Below are positions 24,129 through 36,769 of a stretch of DNA of 64,000 nt, one piece after another (within the stretch, counting starts at the first letter, position 1; each line of letters starts with the position of its first letter). A program made the translations under genes and the position numbers. The DNA comes from Malacoraja senta. Taxonomy: Eukaryota. The notes beneath the pieces are model-generated. The model was not told where the DNA came from. It did not search any database and saw nothing but the letters and a program-made list of their open reading frames with translations. Location: the NCBI GenBank assembly GCA_038087875.1, contig JAXLNO010005141.1, positions 1 through 64,000 on the forward strand, written 5' to 3'.

Positions 24129-24260
24129 CTGTTTTAGAAAATTAATCAAAGCCTCAGCTGTGTCGCTGCTCAATTCTTCCAATTTTAGGTGTGCTGCCAT
24201 CTGTAGGACTCGCTTCATGTCAGATTCAGAAACAATATTCTTACTGTTATATTTCAGAAA
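24129..24260 (-). CDS. MEI1: MEI1 coding exon, 132 nt, phase 0-0: FLKYNSKNIVSESDMKRVLQMAAHLKLEELSSDTAEALINFLKQ
   Basis: tttcaacag acceptor, GTGGAG donor; 44 codons aligning without gaps to recalled FMRYRSSSVLS..ALHGFFQQ. Confidence 0.9.
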
Positions 24261-24714
24261 CTGTTGAAACAGAAAATATCCAGTTGATAAACCACAATCA
24301 TGATTCATGTCATCTGGTAAAATAATAACCAGAGATTATTATAATAGTAGTAACTAATGGATTGGGTTCTGTATAATTTTAAGGTATTTACTGTTAAGAC
24401 CATTGCTTTATTGACTTGATGAAAGGTAACAATGTAGAAACCTTGGGTGACTCATGGTGAAGGGTACAGAGTGCTATTGCACTCAATCAGAGATTGAGGG
24501 AAGATATTCGAGAAGGCTCCTTAAACGAGGCTATATGGGTTGAAATTGGAAACAACCGATGTTGTTACTTTGCTGGGAGTATACAACTTTATCTTGGGGA
24601 ATGTAGCTGATCAAATGGAGGGAGTGTCAGTTGGGAACATTTTGGAGATATTGACCGTTAATTCTATATATTTATGTGTTTTTGAAAATAAAAATAGGGA
24701 TTGACCAACAATTC

Positions 24715-24990
24715 CCGGTTGCTCTGCTGTCTCACAGCAGGTTTGATCCTGACCTGTGGAGTTTGTACATTCTCCCTGTGACTGCATGGGTTTCCTCCGG
24801 CTGGTCCAGTTTCTTCCCACATCCCAAAGACATGAGTTTTTTTAAGGTTAAATGGCCTCTGTAAAATTAGCCCTAGTGTGTAAGGAATGGGTAAGAAACT
24901 GGGATGACAAAGAACTAGTGTAAACAGGTGATTGATAGTTGGAATGAACGGTGGGCTAAAGGGATTGTTCCCATGCTAATAGTTTCCATC
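24715..24990 (+). mobile_element. V-SINE (HE1-like)
   Basis: GGAGTTTGTACATTCTCCCTGTGACTGCATGGGTTTCCTCCGG..CCCACATCCCAAAGACATG. Confidence 0.75.
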
Positions 24991-25109
24991 TAAAACTTGC
25001 TGTTGTCGTCTGGTCTTGACTGGCAATGTAGACACATCGCTCTTTTATAAAAAATAAAATTGATACGGTATTCACGACCTTTGAATATTTAATATATACT
25101 GTGTGGGGG

Positions 25110-25350
25110 CACAGCAGGCCAGTGGTTTGATTACGAGATTAGTGAACCAGAACCCTGAACAAATAATCCCCCAAAATTAATTCAGATCCTATCCCAGCAG
25201 CCTGGAAATTTAATTCAGTAATAAAATAGGGACAATAATGACTATCAGTTTTGGGTAAAACCCAGTCTGGTTCAGTAATATTCTTTAGGGAAGGATATCT
25301 GACATCCTTCTCCAGTCTGGAATATATATGATTCCAGTCTCAGAGTAATG
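25110..25350 (+). mobile_element. Deu-domain/SacSINE-like shark SINE, degenerate
   Basis: CTGGTTCAGTAATATTCTTTAGGGAAGGATATCTGACATCCTT..GTCTGG..GATTCCAG resembles recalled shark SINE consensus. Confidence 0.55.
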
Positions 25351-25577
25351 GGCCACAAAATGAATGAGTTCATAAAGGGTCTCAATCCAAGATGTCAGCC
25401 CTCCCTTCTAAGCAGGGATGCTGCCTGTCCCACTAAAGTTACTCCAGCATTTTGTGTCTATCTTCGGTGTAAACCAGCATCTGCAGTTCCTTCCCACAGC
25501 GTTCATAAGACAAATAGGAATAGCCAATAATGTGCCCCTTTGTGAGACTTGGTTAAACCTATGTTAATGTTTCTTAC

Positions 25578-25684
25578 CACACAGAGAAGTCTGAGGAAGC
25601 CAGAATTGAGACGGCAGCTCTCTGCAGAATTCACCAATGTGAAAAGAAGGAATCGACTCCAGGGCTGTGACATCACATGACAGA
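25578..25684 (-). CDS. MEI1: MEI1 coding exon, 107 nt, phase 1-0: VCHVMSQPWSRFLLFTLVNSAESCRLNSGFLRLLCV
   Basis: ttgtttag acceptor, GTAAGA donor; resembles HVASQPWNRFLLFTLL. Confidence 0.94.
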
Positions 25685-27063
25685 CTAAACAAACAGTATA
25701 TGGTTCAATACACTCAAAGCAAATTTTTAACATAATGCATCTTTTTCACACTGTACACTATTAACATTCGTTATAACATATTCAGAAGATTGGCCCTTTT
25801 TCTACCATGTGATGAATTAACCCCAATGCTAACATTGCCATCACATAGATTGCACTGTTGTATGGGTTTCTTGACAATGTGCTGCATCAATATCAGGTTC
25901 CAAATGTTTAGCATTGTGCTTATTAGAAGGCTGGGTGGTTATCTTATCATGCCAATGACAGGAACATAAATTGTTTCTGGCAATTTTCCATCCTAGTCAG
26001 TAACCCTAAATACACTTGTGCTTTATGGTCCTTACTGTGAAGGCCAGTGGAATTGAAGCCCGACATCCTAGTTCTTTGCTCACTGCCTACTAGACATCAA
26101 GGCTTAGAAATATGAAGTGCAGCTATTGCCAAGATCGGCTGAGACAAATGAAAGTAAGGAGATCTTAAGTTTGAGGAACTCAAGAGAGATTAGATTAGTA
26201 AATTTTCCTGTTGCAAAATAACCAGAGTGCATTTATTTTTAAATCTTTCCAAGAAACTTTGAACTTGGTTCTTGCTAATTAACCAAGAAATGTTGATAAC
26301 CTATCGTACCCAGTGAAGCTTCTCAAGAGAGGCGTCATATCTTATTAAACCACTGCAAAAGGCGAGGTAGAGGATAAAGGAAAGAAGAATGAAGCAGCAC
26401 CCATCTAATGTTCATTTATTAAAACACAGAAAACCCACCTATGAGAATCTTAGTGAGGACACATGGGAAGCAGGGTGGTGCGGCAGTTAGCATTTTGTGT
26501 TCGATTCTGCCCGTGGATGCTGGCTGTATATGCAGATTGTATTTTTACTGGATTGTGTGGATTTTCTCCATATGCTCGGGTTTCCCCCTATATCCAAAAG
26601 GCATGTTGGTGACTAATGGAGTCCTTCTCTCCAGGGATGCTGCCTGTCCCGCTGAGTTACTCCAGTATTTTGTGTCTACCTTTGATTTAAACCAGCATCT
26701 GCACTTCTTTCTTACACAGTGTATCAGCCCTTTGTGCAGGTTAGTGGCAAATGAATCAAAAGTTGGTGAGCATATGAGAGACAATAAGCTGCAGGTCTGA
26801 AGAGCAGGTAATGCTCGTCAAGAGACCTAGCTTTTCAATAAATCATAAAGGACTGTCAATGACATGTTTTTGCCTAAACTGTGCTCTCCATGGCTAAGGA
26901 AACTATGACACGTTTAGTTCAGAGTACTGTGTAATACTGTCAGGTATTGGACTCACTTTGGAAAAGTTAACACCTTTGGCACCAAACAAGGTAGAAGCAT
27001 TTTAATGAGTATATCTAAGATCTTCTGTTCCTGTTTTATATTTTCTACTTTAATAAATATTAC

Positions 27064-27145
27064 CTGTGGCCTGGTCCCTATTGTGCAAGTACTCCATCAG
27101 TATTTCCAAACAGCCAGTTGCAGAACAGAAAAGAAGGTCATCTCC
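27064..27145 (-). CDS. MEI1: MEI1 coding exon, 82 nt, phase 0-1: GDDLLFCSATGCLEILMEYLHNRDQAT
   Basis: aattacag acceptor, GTAATA donor; resembles [20 protein letters not shown]. Confidence 0.9.
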
Positions 27146-27527
27146 CTGTAATTAAAATGTAGGATTTAACTGTAAAATGCACAGATATGTCTACTAATGT
27201 AATTTTATGTTACATCTTGAGACAAGCGGTATGAAAATTATATTTACTTAGCTGCAAGCACCCCTCGCATATCTCATTCCCATTTGCAGCTATCTTCAGC
27301 AGAACTAATTCATCATTAAGATTATGTTTCATTAGCATCATTTGGATGACCAACAAAACTCCCAACAAGTTAAGTCAGAGAGGAGGAAGGGAGATGCCAA
27401 ATCAAAGTGGACTTAGAACCAGAGACATTCTCCTGGTCTTGAAAATTTTCTGGAAGGCCAATTATACTTGGCAGGACAGTTTGTATATAATTTTACAATG
27501 GCAATACCTAATATATAAAATAACACC

Positions 27528-27832
27528 CAGGACGTCCCTGGGTTACGAATGCTTGACTTATGGAAACCCATACATGCAAATGAGCTCCCATAATATTATT
27601 GAATTCAAAATTCCAATGTATGTACACACTTTCATTCCTATGATCAACAAAAGTAGTTTTCTTTTTCTTTCCACTTTTAGTAATTGTTCTTGGTTTAAAT
27701 CAAATTTATGTTGCCATTCATTACAATACTATGAAAGTAGTAATCGAGTGATTAATGTGTATTTTCAACATGGATAAAATAGACAAAAACATCTGGAAAA
27801 ACAGAGCCCATTCGTTACCCGGGGACGACCTT
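27528..27832. mobile_element. Tigger-like non-autonomous DNA transposon
   Basis: Imperfect TIR CAGGACGTCCCTGGGTTACGAAT ... ATTCGTTACCCGGGGACGACCT. Confidence 0.7.
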
Positions 27833-28000
27833 TAGGAACTCTTTTGAGATAGACCCTTGAATAACTGAAATATTTGGATTAAAGTTTGATGTCTGCTGCA
27901 TCAACAATTCTATACTGACTAATTATGTTCACATTATGTAAATAGATAAATAAAGATGATGCTCAGCATTTAATACTTTCTGTGGAAGTAATATCTTTAC

Positions 28001-28179
28001 CTGAACTAGAAAGTTCTGTAGATGAAAAAAGAACAAAATGATCTGTTGATAAGAGAATGGATACAACAAGGCATCCTGATCTGGTAGGGGTCGATTCTTT
28101 GTGTTAGTAACAGTAATAATAAGCAATGGAGATATGAAGTTGTGTCTTAGAACTGTCTTCAAAAACTGAAGAATGCAGA
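28001..28179 (-). CDS. MEI1: MEI1 coding exon, 179 nt, phase 1-0: VCILQFLKTVLRHNFISPLLIITV...IILFFFHLQNFLVQ
   Basis: ttctttccag acceptor, GTAAAG donor; resembles ILCFLRTALRQSFSSAL..LQNLLVQ. Confidence 0.92.
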
Positions 28180-28312
28180 CTGGAAAGAAAGAAAATCAAT
28201 AATACAATCCACAATTTTTTCCTGCAGATTATCATCACGTACAATTTTAGAAAAAAACATGATAATTTATCATCAGGTAACAGTGACTATACTGGACCAG
28301 GTAGTTCTCTTA

Positions 28313-28812
28313 AGAGCCTGTCCCACAACCTAATCCACGAGTTTAGAAGACCCTAGACGAGTTGAAAAAAATGTCAAGGTCGTGTTGACTCGCCGAAGTA
28401 AAAGATCTCCTATGACTATGTCTACGAACTCCTACGACTATGTCTACGACCCCCCCCTCGACCTCAGTCTTCCACACCTAAGACCAACTACAACTAGCTA
28501 CAAGTGGAAAATGATTATATGATAAAATGATGTCATGCTTGCATTTTTTTCTCTCGGGCCAGTTACCAACCCACGACTACCATCACGACCTACCTACGAG
28601 TAAAAAGTATAAATTTTTTCCATGCCAACCTTTTTTTTAAACTTATGGACATATTTTATCAGGCTAGAAAAAACGCCGCAACGTACTTGAGGCCACGAGT
28701 ACGCGGATTCCACTCACGAGCACGAGGAAGAGTTACGAAGACCTCCTACGACCTTGTGGCGACCATGCTGCGAGTATGAGTCAAGGGCAAACTCTGCGGA
28801 GGTCGCCAATAA
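28313..28812. mobile_element. Longer, right-truncated member of the Harbinger MITE family
   Basis: TTA|AGAGCCTGTCCCAC start; shares GACCATGCTGCGAGTATG..TCAAGGGCAAACTC with 11417-11612; internal CTACGA subrepeats. Confidence 0.75.
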
Positions 28813-29263
28813 GGCTTTAGTTTATTTTAGTTACTTTAAACCTCAAGATACTAAAAGGTCCATGTTACTTTGTTTAATATGTCATTGCAAAAGAATCATC
28901 AGTGATTTTTGCCAATTTTAATTGCCTCTGCAGTGAGACTGACAGACTGTTTTCATGAGAGACAATGATGTCTAATTACTGTGGGGAGGTTACATGGAAA
29001 CACCCTAGACTTGTTTAATCAAGTCAGCTTTTTCCTTTTTCCAATTTTGAGTATTTTGCTTTTGGCCATTTCACTGACAAGAAACATCTAAAATGGTACC
29101 TTAGTGTCTGCCAAATTTCTAATAAGTAGGAAATCTGTTGGTAATGAAATCAGAATGTTGGAGATTATGGGAGTGAGGCAGTGGAGGCTGCAGATCCTGT
29201 GTCAAAATCTGAACCATAGATGCTAATTCTAATATGGCAATTAAAACAAAAGGAAGAGCCCAC

Positions 29264-29342
29264 CGTGCAGCAATGAACTGTCCTTTCTGGAGCTGATGCA
29301 GTGGATAACCTTATCCAGATTCACACCAACTGTTCTATGAAC
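29264..29342 (-). CDS. MEI1: MEI1 coding exon, 79 nt, phase 0-1: VHRTVGVNLDKVIHCISSRKDSSLLH
   Basis: tatatgcag acceptor, weak GTGGGC donor; resembles VHQTLSVEMDQVL. Confidence 0.83.
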
Positions 29343-30184
29343 CTGCATATAAATCATGCCAAAGAGTTCATTAAATAATATGCAAATGATTTACTATAAG
29401 AACAATTAGCAACAGTAACAAATCAACAACAAATGAAAGCCACGCAAAAAAATATTTTAATGCAATTTATCCTGGTAACTCCAGGCATATTAGTATAAAA
29501 TTTAAAATATGTAGTCTTCATTACTTCATTTCAACATTCAGAAATAATTGTCATCATGTTGGAATGATTTATACCATCAACAGAAATCGTGTCAAGTTTG
29601 TATTTTTGCTAATTCAATAGTTAAATTAAATAACTTATTTTATTGATCCCTCTGTGGACAACCTTGTTATATTTTTCTCTCATGGAAAGAGAAAAAGCAA
29701 AAGAGAATTTCTCCATTTGATTCCAGAAACCAATTGAAAATATCACTTAATGGTTCCTGTGTAAACTTGCAATATCTTCTGAGATATTCCAATGAGGCAG
29801 AAATTCCAGGGTATGGAGGTAGCAGGGAACAATCCTTGCATCAGAATAGCAATAACCAATGTGGCCCAGATATTGGACCATTATTATAATCAGAATACTT
29901 CCAAGGAAGAATTAAGAAATGTTGGTTAAGTGAAAGCCGGGGGAATTGGGGGCAGTGATGTGGAAAGCAGACATGGTGCAGGAAGAAATCAAAGTAGGGA
30001 TGGTGTGAGTGGGGGGTCAGGGGAATGTGGATACATGGAATCATGTACCATATATTTGAACGTTTTTGTGGTAGCCTGAGGATATCAGCATTCATGGGAG
30101 AATTTGAGAGTGAATGTGGAACAGGCTGCAGCACTGAAGAATGGATTAGCGATCAAGAAGATCTATTAGGCACAGTCACTCAAG

Positions 30185-30920
30185 ACTAGTCACAAAATGC
30201 TGGAATAAATCAGCATATCAGGCAGCATCTCCGGAGAGAAAGGATGTGTGATGTTTTGGGTCAGGACCCTTGTTCAGACTGAAAATAGAGGTTGGCGGTG
30301 AAGAGCTGGAGGCAAGAAAAGACCAGGACCAATCAGGGTTGGCCACAAATGACCTCAGGCAGGGCGGTGCATGGTCAGCCCATTGTTGGCCAGGAAAGGT
30401 GTGATCTCAAAAGGGGAACGATGTGGAGAACTGTGGAACTGGTAAAACGACTAGGGTAGAGGAAGAGAACAAGTGGGGAAAGGAGTAAATGGAAATTAAT
30501 TAAGGAGTTTCATACCGCTGGGTTGTAAACGCCCCAAGCAAAATATAAGGTGCTGTTCCTCCATTTTGTGTGTGGCCTCACTCTGGCAATGGAGGAGGCC
30601 CAGGACAAAAAGGTCAGTATAGGAATGGAAGTTGAAATGGTTGGCAACCAGGAGATTCGGTAGGCCTAGGCGGTCCGAGTAGGTGTTCAGCGAAATGGTC
30701 GCCGAGTCTAAGTTTGGTCTTGCCGCTGTACAAGAGCTCGCATTGGGAACAGTAGATTAGGTTAGAGGAGGTACATTTGAACCTCTATCTAACCTGAAAG
30801 GACTGTTGGGGTCCCTGGATGGAGTTGAGGGAGGAGATTCACTCATCCCTTTCGAACCAAACCACAGCCTCTCCAGGTACTTTCCCCTGCAAGTGGTGCA
30901 ACAGCTATCCTTTTACCTCC
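30185..30920 (-). mobile_element. Penelope-like element remnant (GIY-YIG end plus pseudo-LTR; inverted piece at about 30845-30920)
   Basis: Minus strand LLYSGKTKLRLGDHFAEHL and EEQHLIF; plus strand PGTFPCK piece. Confidence 0.8.
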
Positions 30921-31298
30921 TCCTTTATTTTTTTTCCGTCTTTGTCCATCACAAGTTTTAAAAAATCTAAAAAATATATTTAAGGTTTCATCACAAAAGT
31001 AAATAAAAAGGATGGCACTATAGTTGAGACACTTCAGAAACCTGCTCCAGAATTTATAATTATTCAATTGCATGCAACTGAATAGATTTCCATTTGGAAT
31101 ATTGAAGCAGGAGTTTTTTGTTTCAAGTGTTTACATAAATATGATTAAAAAACTTTCACAATGGAACTGCAAACATGCTCAAGATTTTTAAAATATATGG
31201 AAGCAATATATTATCAGGTATTCACTGCATCAAGACATTTTTAAAATAAGACTTCTTTGGAAACCTCTCGGCTACTGTGATGTGTGTGAACTACTCAC

Positions 31299-31462
31299 TT
31301 CTGACTTATAGTTGGTCTGGTTTTGGACTAAGCAGGCTAATAATAACCAGACAGAGCAGACCAGGACATCAGGAACAGTTTCAAATTGGTCAGACCAGCT
31401 CAGCTCTAATATCTTCTCCAGGAACTCCATCAGGGAGGAATTAGACAGTAACACAGAAACAA
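31299..31462 (-). CDS. MEI1: MEI1 coding exon, 164 nt, phase 1-0: VVSVLLSNSSLMEFLEKILELSWSDQFETVPDVLVCSVWLLLACLVQNQTNYKSE
   Basis: ttttgtag acceptor, GTGAGT donor; resembles VLLSSTGLMELLEKML..LLCSAWLL. Confidence 0.93.
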
Positions 31463-31999
31463 CTACAAAATTAACAAAATATTTAAATGCTTATATAATA
31501 TGCAACTATATTTGAAGATTTAGTTTATCATTGTTTTCCAAATTAATCCTTAATACTGAGATTTCAGAAACCCATCATGGTGATTCATGGGCAAGTGCTT
31601 AGCTTGTGGCCTGCTCTACCTTGTGGTAGTACAGCAAAGTTGGGAGGATATACGAGCTGTATGATAGCAAAAGGCAAGAGCAACATTGAGGCTAATGCAA
31701 GGAGTAAATGCAGGAAATGGTCCGGTTTCAGCTATTTCTATCCATTCAATTCCTTTGTTTTTGGATGCAGCTCTTGGCTGGAGATGTTTCTCAGCCAAAA
31801 GAATCTAAGTATCTATTGCTGTGTCTTTCTTAGGAGGGACTTTAGCTTACAATTACTCAAGTAAACTGTTAACCATATCTGGTCAGGAGACCAACGTTTG
31901 TACTTCAACTGGTTATTTCCACACAGTGTCTAAAATTCAACATGCTAACAGAAAGTGAGATATGCAGCCAGAGATTTTATTTTGCATATAAATCGTAAG

Positions 32000-33050
32000 G
32001 TAGATAAGGGAACTCGGAGGGTGTAACGCATCACGATTTTAGCAATGATAAAGCACCATACAAAAGGCTGTTATGTAAAATAAGGATCATATCGTTGGGG
32101 TGATATATTACCACAGACAGGCTAGTAAAGGATGAAGCAGAGTAGGAATTTACGATCACTTTAAGATTGGCAGACTGTTATCAGCTGGGTTTTGCAAGCC
32201 CATGACTATTTACAATCGATATTAATAACAGTTAAAATATATAATGCATCTAATTTTTTGAAACACGTTAGGCAGGATGGTGAGATGTGAGAAGGATGCA
32301 GAGTCTGCAGAGAGATTTAGAGTTAACTTAGTAACCAAAGTAGAATTTTGCTTAAAGACAAAAAACAAAACTGTAGGATGCTGAAACAAAATATTTTGGG
32401 GGTCCTTGTGCATGAAGTACATAAATCTAGCCTACAACTGCAGCAGGTAAAAGGGCAATATAATGGATTGTTAGCCCTTATTTTAAGAGGGTTTGTAGTT
32501 TAAAGTGGGGAAGTCTTACTTCAATTGTTGAAGGCAGTAGCGAGACCACATCTTGAGTATTGCGAACAATTTTGATGCATTCTTTTAAGGAAAGATATTA
32601 TTTCATTGGACGCTGTTCAGAGGTTCATAAAAGGTTGATCGTAGTAGGGATTATCGGGAAGGTTAAATGAGTTGGGACTACTCATTTGAAGTGAGAAAAA
32701 TGAGAGATTATCCTACTGAAACATACAACATTTTCAGGGCATTAGACAGGGTAAATGTTGAGAGGATGTTTCCTCTAGTACGAGAGTCCAAAACTAGAAA
32801 GCATGGTCTCAGAAAAGGAAAACACATTGAAAGCTGAAATTAGGAAAAATGTATCCTCTCAGGTGGTTGTAAATCTTTGGAATATATTGGCTGAGGGGGC
32901 AATATATCCCCGTCTGTGTTTAAGGCTGAGATAGGTAAATGTCTGATCAGGAGAGGTGAGGGCAGGGAATTGAACTTTGCAGATGTCAGCTCAGCTATGA
33001 TCCTATTAAAAGGTAGAGCAGGCTCAAAGCCATTTGGCACTATTTCTCAT
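32000..33050 (+). mobile_element. Old CR1 LINE 3' fragment
   Basis: Decayed VRPHLEYCEQF, SKTRKHGL and 3' UTR remnants. Confidence 0.75.
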
Positions 33051-33393
33051 GGTGTTATACAGAGATACCATTCCCAAGAGCAGTCTTTTACAGGTGCCTT
33101 TCGTCTTCACAAAACTTGGCTTGAACATTAAAATACAGATCACCGTAAGGAAGAATGCTTAAATTAATTCTCTGCAATTACATAATGTACAGTGGCATTA
33201 TTGGAAGAACAGAGATGTTCTAGTGATATGTCACTTAGGAAATCAAAGACAAAAGCAAAGAAGGATTGAAGATGATTTGAGAATCATGAGAAATCAATTT
33301 CTGGATAGATTTTATAATTGAACCCAGTTCCTTTGGATCCAAAATTGTAAATCAAAGCTCCTATTCTGATGAAACATTTTAAAATGTAATTAC

Positions 33394-33504
33394 CTCTGCT
33401 CCTGTTGTAGGTTGATGTTTGTTTCAAACAGCAGTAGAAGAAATTAAGAGCAGGTTGTAAGATATCTGTGTTCAAGTCTTTGCATTTTCCTGCTAAGTTA
33501 CTTA
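33394..33504 (-). CDS. MEI1: MEI1 coding exon, 111 nt, phase 1-1: VSNLAGKCKDLNTDILQPALNFFYCCLKQTSTYNRSR
   Basis: tttttaaag acceptor, GTAATT donor; resembles VSKLCGKC..DILQPSFNFLYWSLHQT. Confidence 0.92.
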
Positions 33505-34472
33505 CTTTAAAAATACAAATAAAACATTTACTTTCAAGTTTGTGATTATTATAATATTTTAATAAGCATTTCATCATGTGCCTATTGTACAATTACTGAA
33601 CATAGTTGAAAATTAAAATGGCTAGAATGTTTATTTTAATTTTGAGATCACGTAACTTGATTAACAAGGAACAGGGATGCTGATGAATGACAGCAACATA
33701 ACTGTAAAGGTACTAACTATTGTGCAACTTATATTAAAATAAATTACTTTTTGAATTGAAGTGGTTATTTGGTGTCTTTTTCTGCATGAACAACACTTCA
33801 AACAATGTTAAAACAATTAGATGTTATAGTTTAAAATGTTTTGGGGAGTGATTGATGTACAAGACCTGGGTCTCTTTGAAAGAGCTGGAAATTACATGAA
33901 ATCCTTTTTGTTCTACCATGTCTGAAATCCTGTAGGCAGGGATATCATGTTTGCTAGCCATGGCCCCACTTTAGGCCATATTTCCATGATAGACACATAG
34001 TAGAATATTTTACCTATCAGTGCCTTTAGATTATCTGTTTTATTCACTAAAATGATTTAGATATATACCCATTAAGGACAGCCAAACTTATTTTTTAAAG
34101 TCTATATTATAACCTGTCTTTTCTCTACTTTCCAAACTTTCTTATAAATTTGGCTTCTCGTTCCAGATTGGATTTCATTCCTTTTGAATCTTAACTCCGT
34201 TTCCATGCTGTTGACAAGCTAATTTAAGGAACTCCCAAACAGCAAAAGTAAACTCACTGTAAGGATATTGGTCTGGGCCATATTGAAGTACAATCCATGG
34301 TCGCAATGGCCAAGTAAAGTAGAGGTCCCTCTCCTACATCACTCCAGCCAAACATTCATCCACACAATCATCCTATTTTTTATATTCACTGGCATGTGAC
34401 ACCTAAGTAATGAGGAGATAACATCCTTTGAGGTCTTGCTTTTGGATCTTTCCAACTTTTACAAATCTGCCT

Positions 34473-34632
34473 AATACATCAGCGGCCAAAAATACTATTG
34501 GAGAATGCTACTGATCTCCTGAAGAGATTCTTCTGCCTTCATTAATCTGTGAGTGCATTGCAAAATATGCTCAGCATGAGTAGAGATGTTATAATCATGT
34601 TTTACACGCTGCATAATCTGGTAGCCAGAAGG
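34473..34632 (+). pseudogene. Harbinger/HARBI1-like DDE transposase C-terminal fossil
   Basis: TSAAKNTI/ENATDLLKRFFCLH*SVSALQNMLSMSRDVIIMFYTLHNLVARR follows the Harbinger motif IE..FG.LK.RF.CL..S..ALQY......II..C..LHN. Confidence 0.65.
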
Positions 34633-35569
34633 TAGCAACAGGTGCTTGAGGCAGAACAGTCCTGATGTCCAGGAACCAGATGTAGATGAACTGCAGTAGT
34701 AGGAGGACTATGAAAACCATCAGGGGGGTGTCACACACTGATACCAGCATCTTAATTATCCAGCTGAGGAGGGGAGCACTGCCTGAATAGACAATGACGA
34801 TTTCTCATAGAATTACACCTTGTAAACCACATGCCAGTAAGAAGTCCATTTTGTAACCAACTAGTTACCACCAACACAAAACACCAATAGGCATCTGAGA
34901 TAGCTCAAATGGCACTTCTTTACTTTTACATGATGCTTTACAGGTTCACCTGCCTTGATTGTAATACACTGACTAATGAATCCTTGTTACAATTAAATGC
35001 TTGCATACATTTTAGTACTTCATGATGAATGGCATTTCATTTGAACCACTCTGAGCTTTGAACAAAATGTGTTTTTCTCAGAAGAGCTGCACTACCAATC
35101 TCTCAATATCTTTGAAACTTGTGCAAAACGCACAAGTTTTTATCTCCAAAACTCATTTCAGAGAAGTGGTATATAGATTATTTTACCTCTTGCATATTTC
35201 ATTCCAAATGTAACATTTCTCTGTGTAAATTTCATCTGACATATTTGCCCAATCCACTGTCCTACCCATGTCCTTTGGAAGTCTATCAATAAACTTTATA
35301 GTATTTTAACGATTTGGTATAATCTGTGAAGTAAGTGTGAGCCTGTTCACCAAAGTCCAAGTTTTCAACATATATCAAGAAAAACTGTGGGTCCAAGGCT
35401 GATCACGGAATAACAATCCAGTGTATAAATTTAACTTTGCTCCCATTGTTACTATTGCTAATTTTGTTTTCCTATGTGCTTTTATTCCATGGGCTTCAAC
35501 TGTTCAGTTGTATTTCCCTAATTGGTGCTTTCTCACCTCATCAAAAAGTTTAAATCATTAAATATCATT

Positions 35570-35891
35570 TTTAGTTTACTTTAGTTTAGGGATACAGCGT
35601 GGAAACAAGCCCTTCAGCCCACCGGGTCCGCGCCGAACAGCAATCCCCGCATATTACACTATCCTACACAAACCAGGGACAATGTTTACATTTACCAAGC
35701 CAATTAACCTACAAACCTGTATGTGTTTGGAGTGTGGGAGAAAAACTAAGATCTCGGAGAAAACCTTCGCAGGTCACGGGGAGAACGTACAAACTCCGTA
35801 GACAGCACCTGTAGTCGGGATCAAACTCAGGTCTCTGGCGCTGCAAGTGCTGTGAGGCAGCAACTCTACCGCAGAGTCACCGTACCGGCCT
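35570..35891 (-). mobile_element. V-SINE (HE1-like), near full length
   Basis: tRNA-like head GCGGTAGAGTTGCTGCCTCACAGC..GTTTGATCCC, V-domain, LINE-like tail with (CTAAA)n. Confidence 0.85.
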
Positions 35892-36664
35892 AATTTTTCT
35901 TTTAACAAAATCTACAGACATGGATTAGGCAGCTAATTTTATTTAAGTAACAGGCCTGGCATTTTAAATGAAAGCAACATTTTGCCTTCATATAGTTCCT
36001 TGCACAACCTTTGAACATCCCAAAGAATTTTAAACTCCTGTAGCCACTATTCGAATGTATGAAATAAGGCAACAAATTTTTACTGATTTAACGTTGATTT
36101 AATCGTTGTGCAATGTGATAATGGCCTGATTATTTGTTCCAAGTAAGATTGCAATTGTGATGTTAATGAGGAATAAATATTATCTAGGATACAGGCACTA
36201 CATCCCCTATTTTTAAATTTGAAAATATAGATTTATCCCATTCAGTTCACCGAAGAGAACAGAATGCACTTTGCCAAGGTAAGGCAAAACTTTTGATTGA
36301 ACCCCTGGACCCTCAAGCTTCCCCACCTCAGACTTGTCCTAAATCAAGGATCAAATTCCACCCGACACAAACAAACCAATCTGGAGAAAGACTATCATCT
36401 CCTTTAGTCTAAAATTGAAAACCTCTTCCTATCATGGACATTGATCGAGGCCCTGTCATCATCCGTGGAGCATTTTCCAGCTACTGTACACACTATCAAT
36501 TAGGCCTGCATCTGTTTAATAAACATCACATACATTGAATTTAAAACACCACAGAATCCAATTTCGCTTCAGAACTTCTGGGTGCTTAAAACTACTTTAA
36601 AAGGATGGATCAAATTGAAATGTATAAAAATATTCTTGAGATTGTATAAGATTATTCATTATAC

Positions 36665-36769
36665 CATGATACAGGAGCTTGAAATCGGTACTGGTCATTT
36701 CCTTGGGATCTTGAATTTTTACCTGTACCAGTGAAAGGAGATCCAATACCAAAGATAGGTTCCTCTTTC
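36665..36769 (-). CDS. MEI1: MEI1 coding exon, 105 nt, phase 1-1: GKRNLSLVLDLLSLVQVKIQDPKEMTSTDFKLLYH
   Basis: ttattcag acceptor, GTATAA donor; resembles GNLPLLLSLLSLMQL..MKLLHQ. Confidence 0.88.

Noticed and set aside
28400-28760. Regular CTACGA repeats as a CRISPR-like array
   Set aside because: Short irregular subterminal repeats of a MITE in eukaryotic DNA, with no repeat-spacer periodicity.
35800-35891. tRNA gene-like A/B boxes (also near 2700, 42970 and 45445)
   Set aside because: These are SINE heads continuing into V-domain and LINE-like tails, not cloverleaf tRNA genes.
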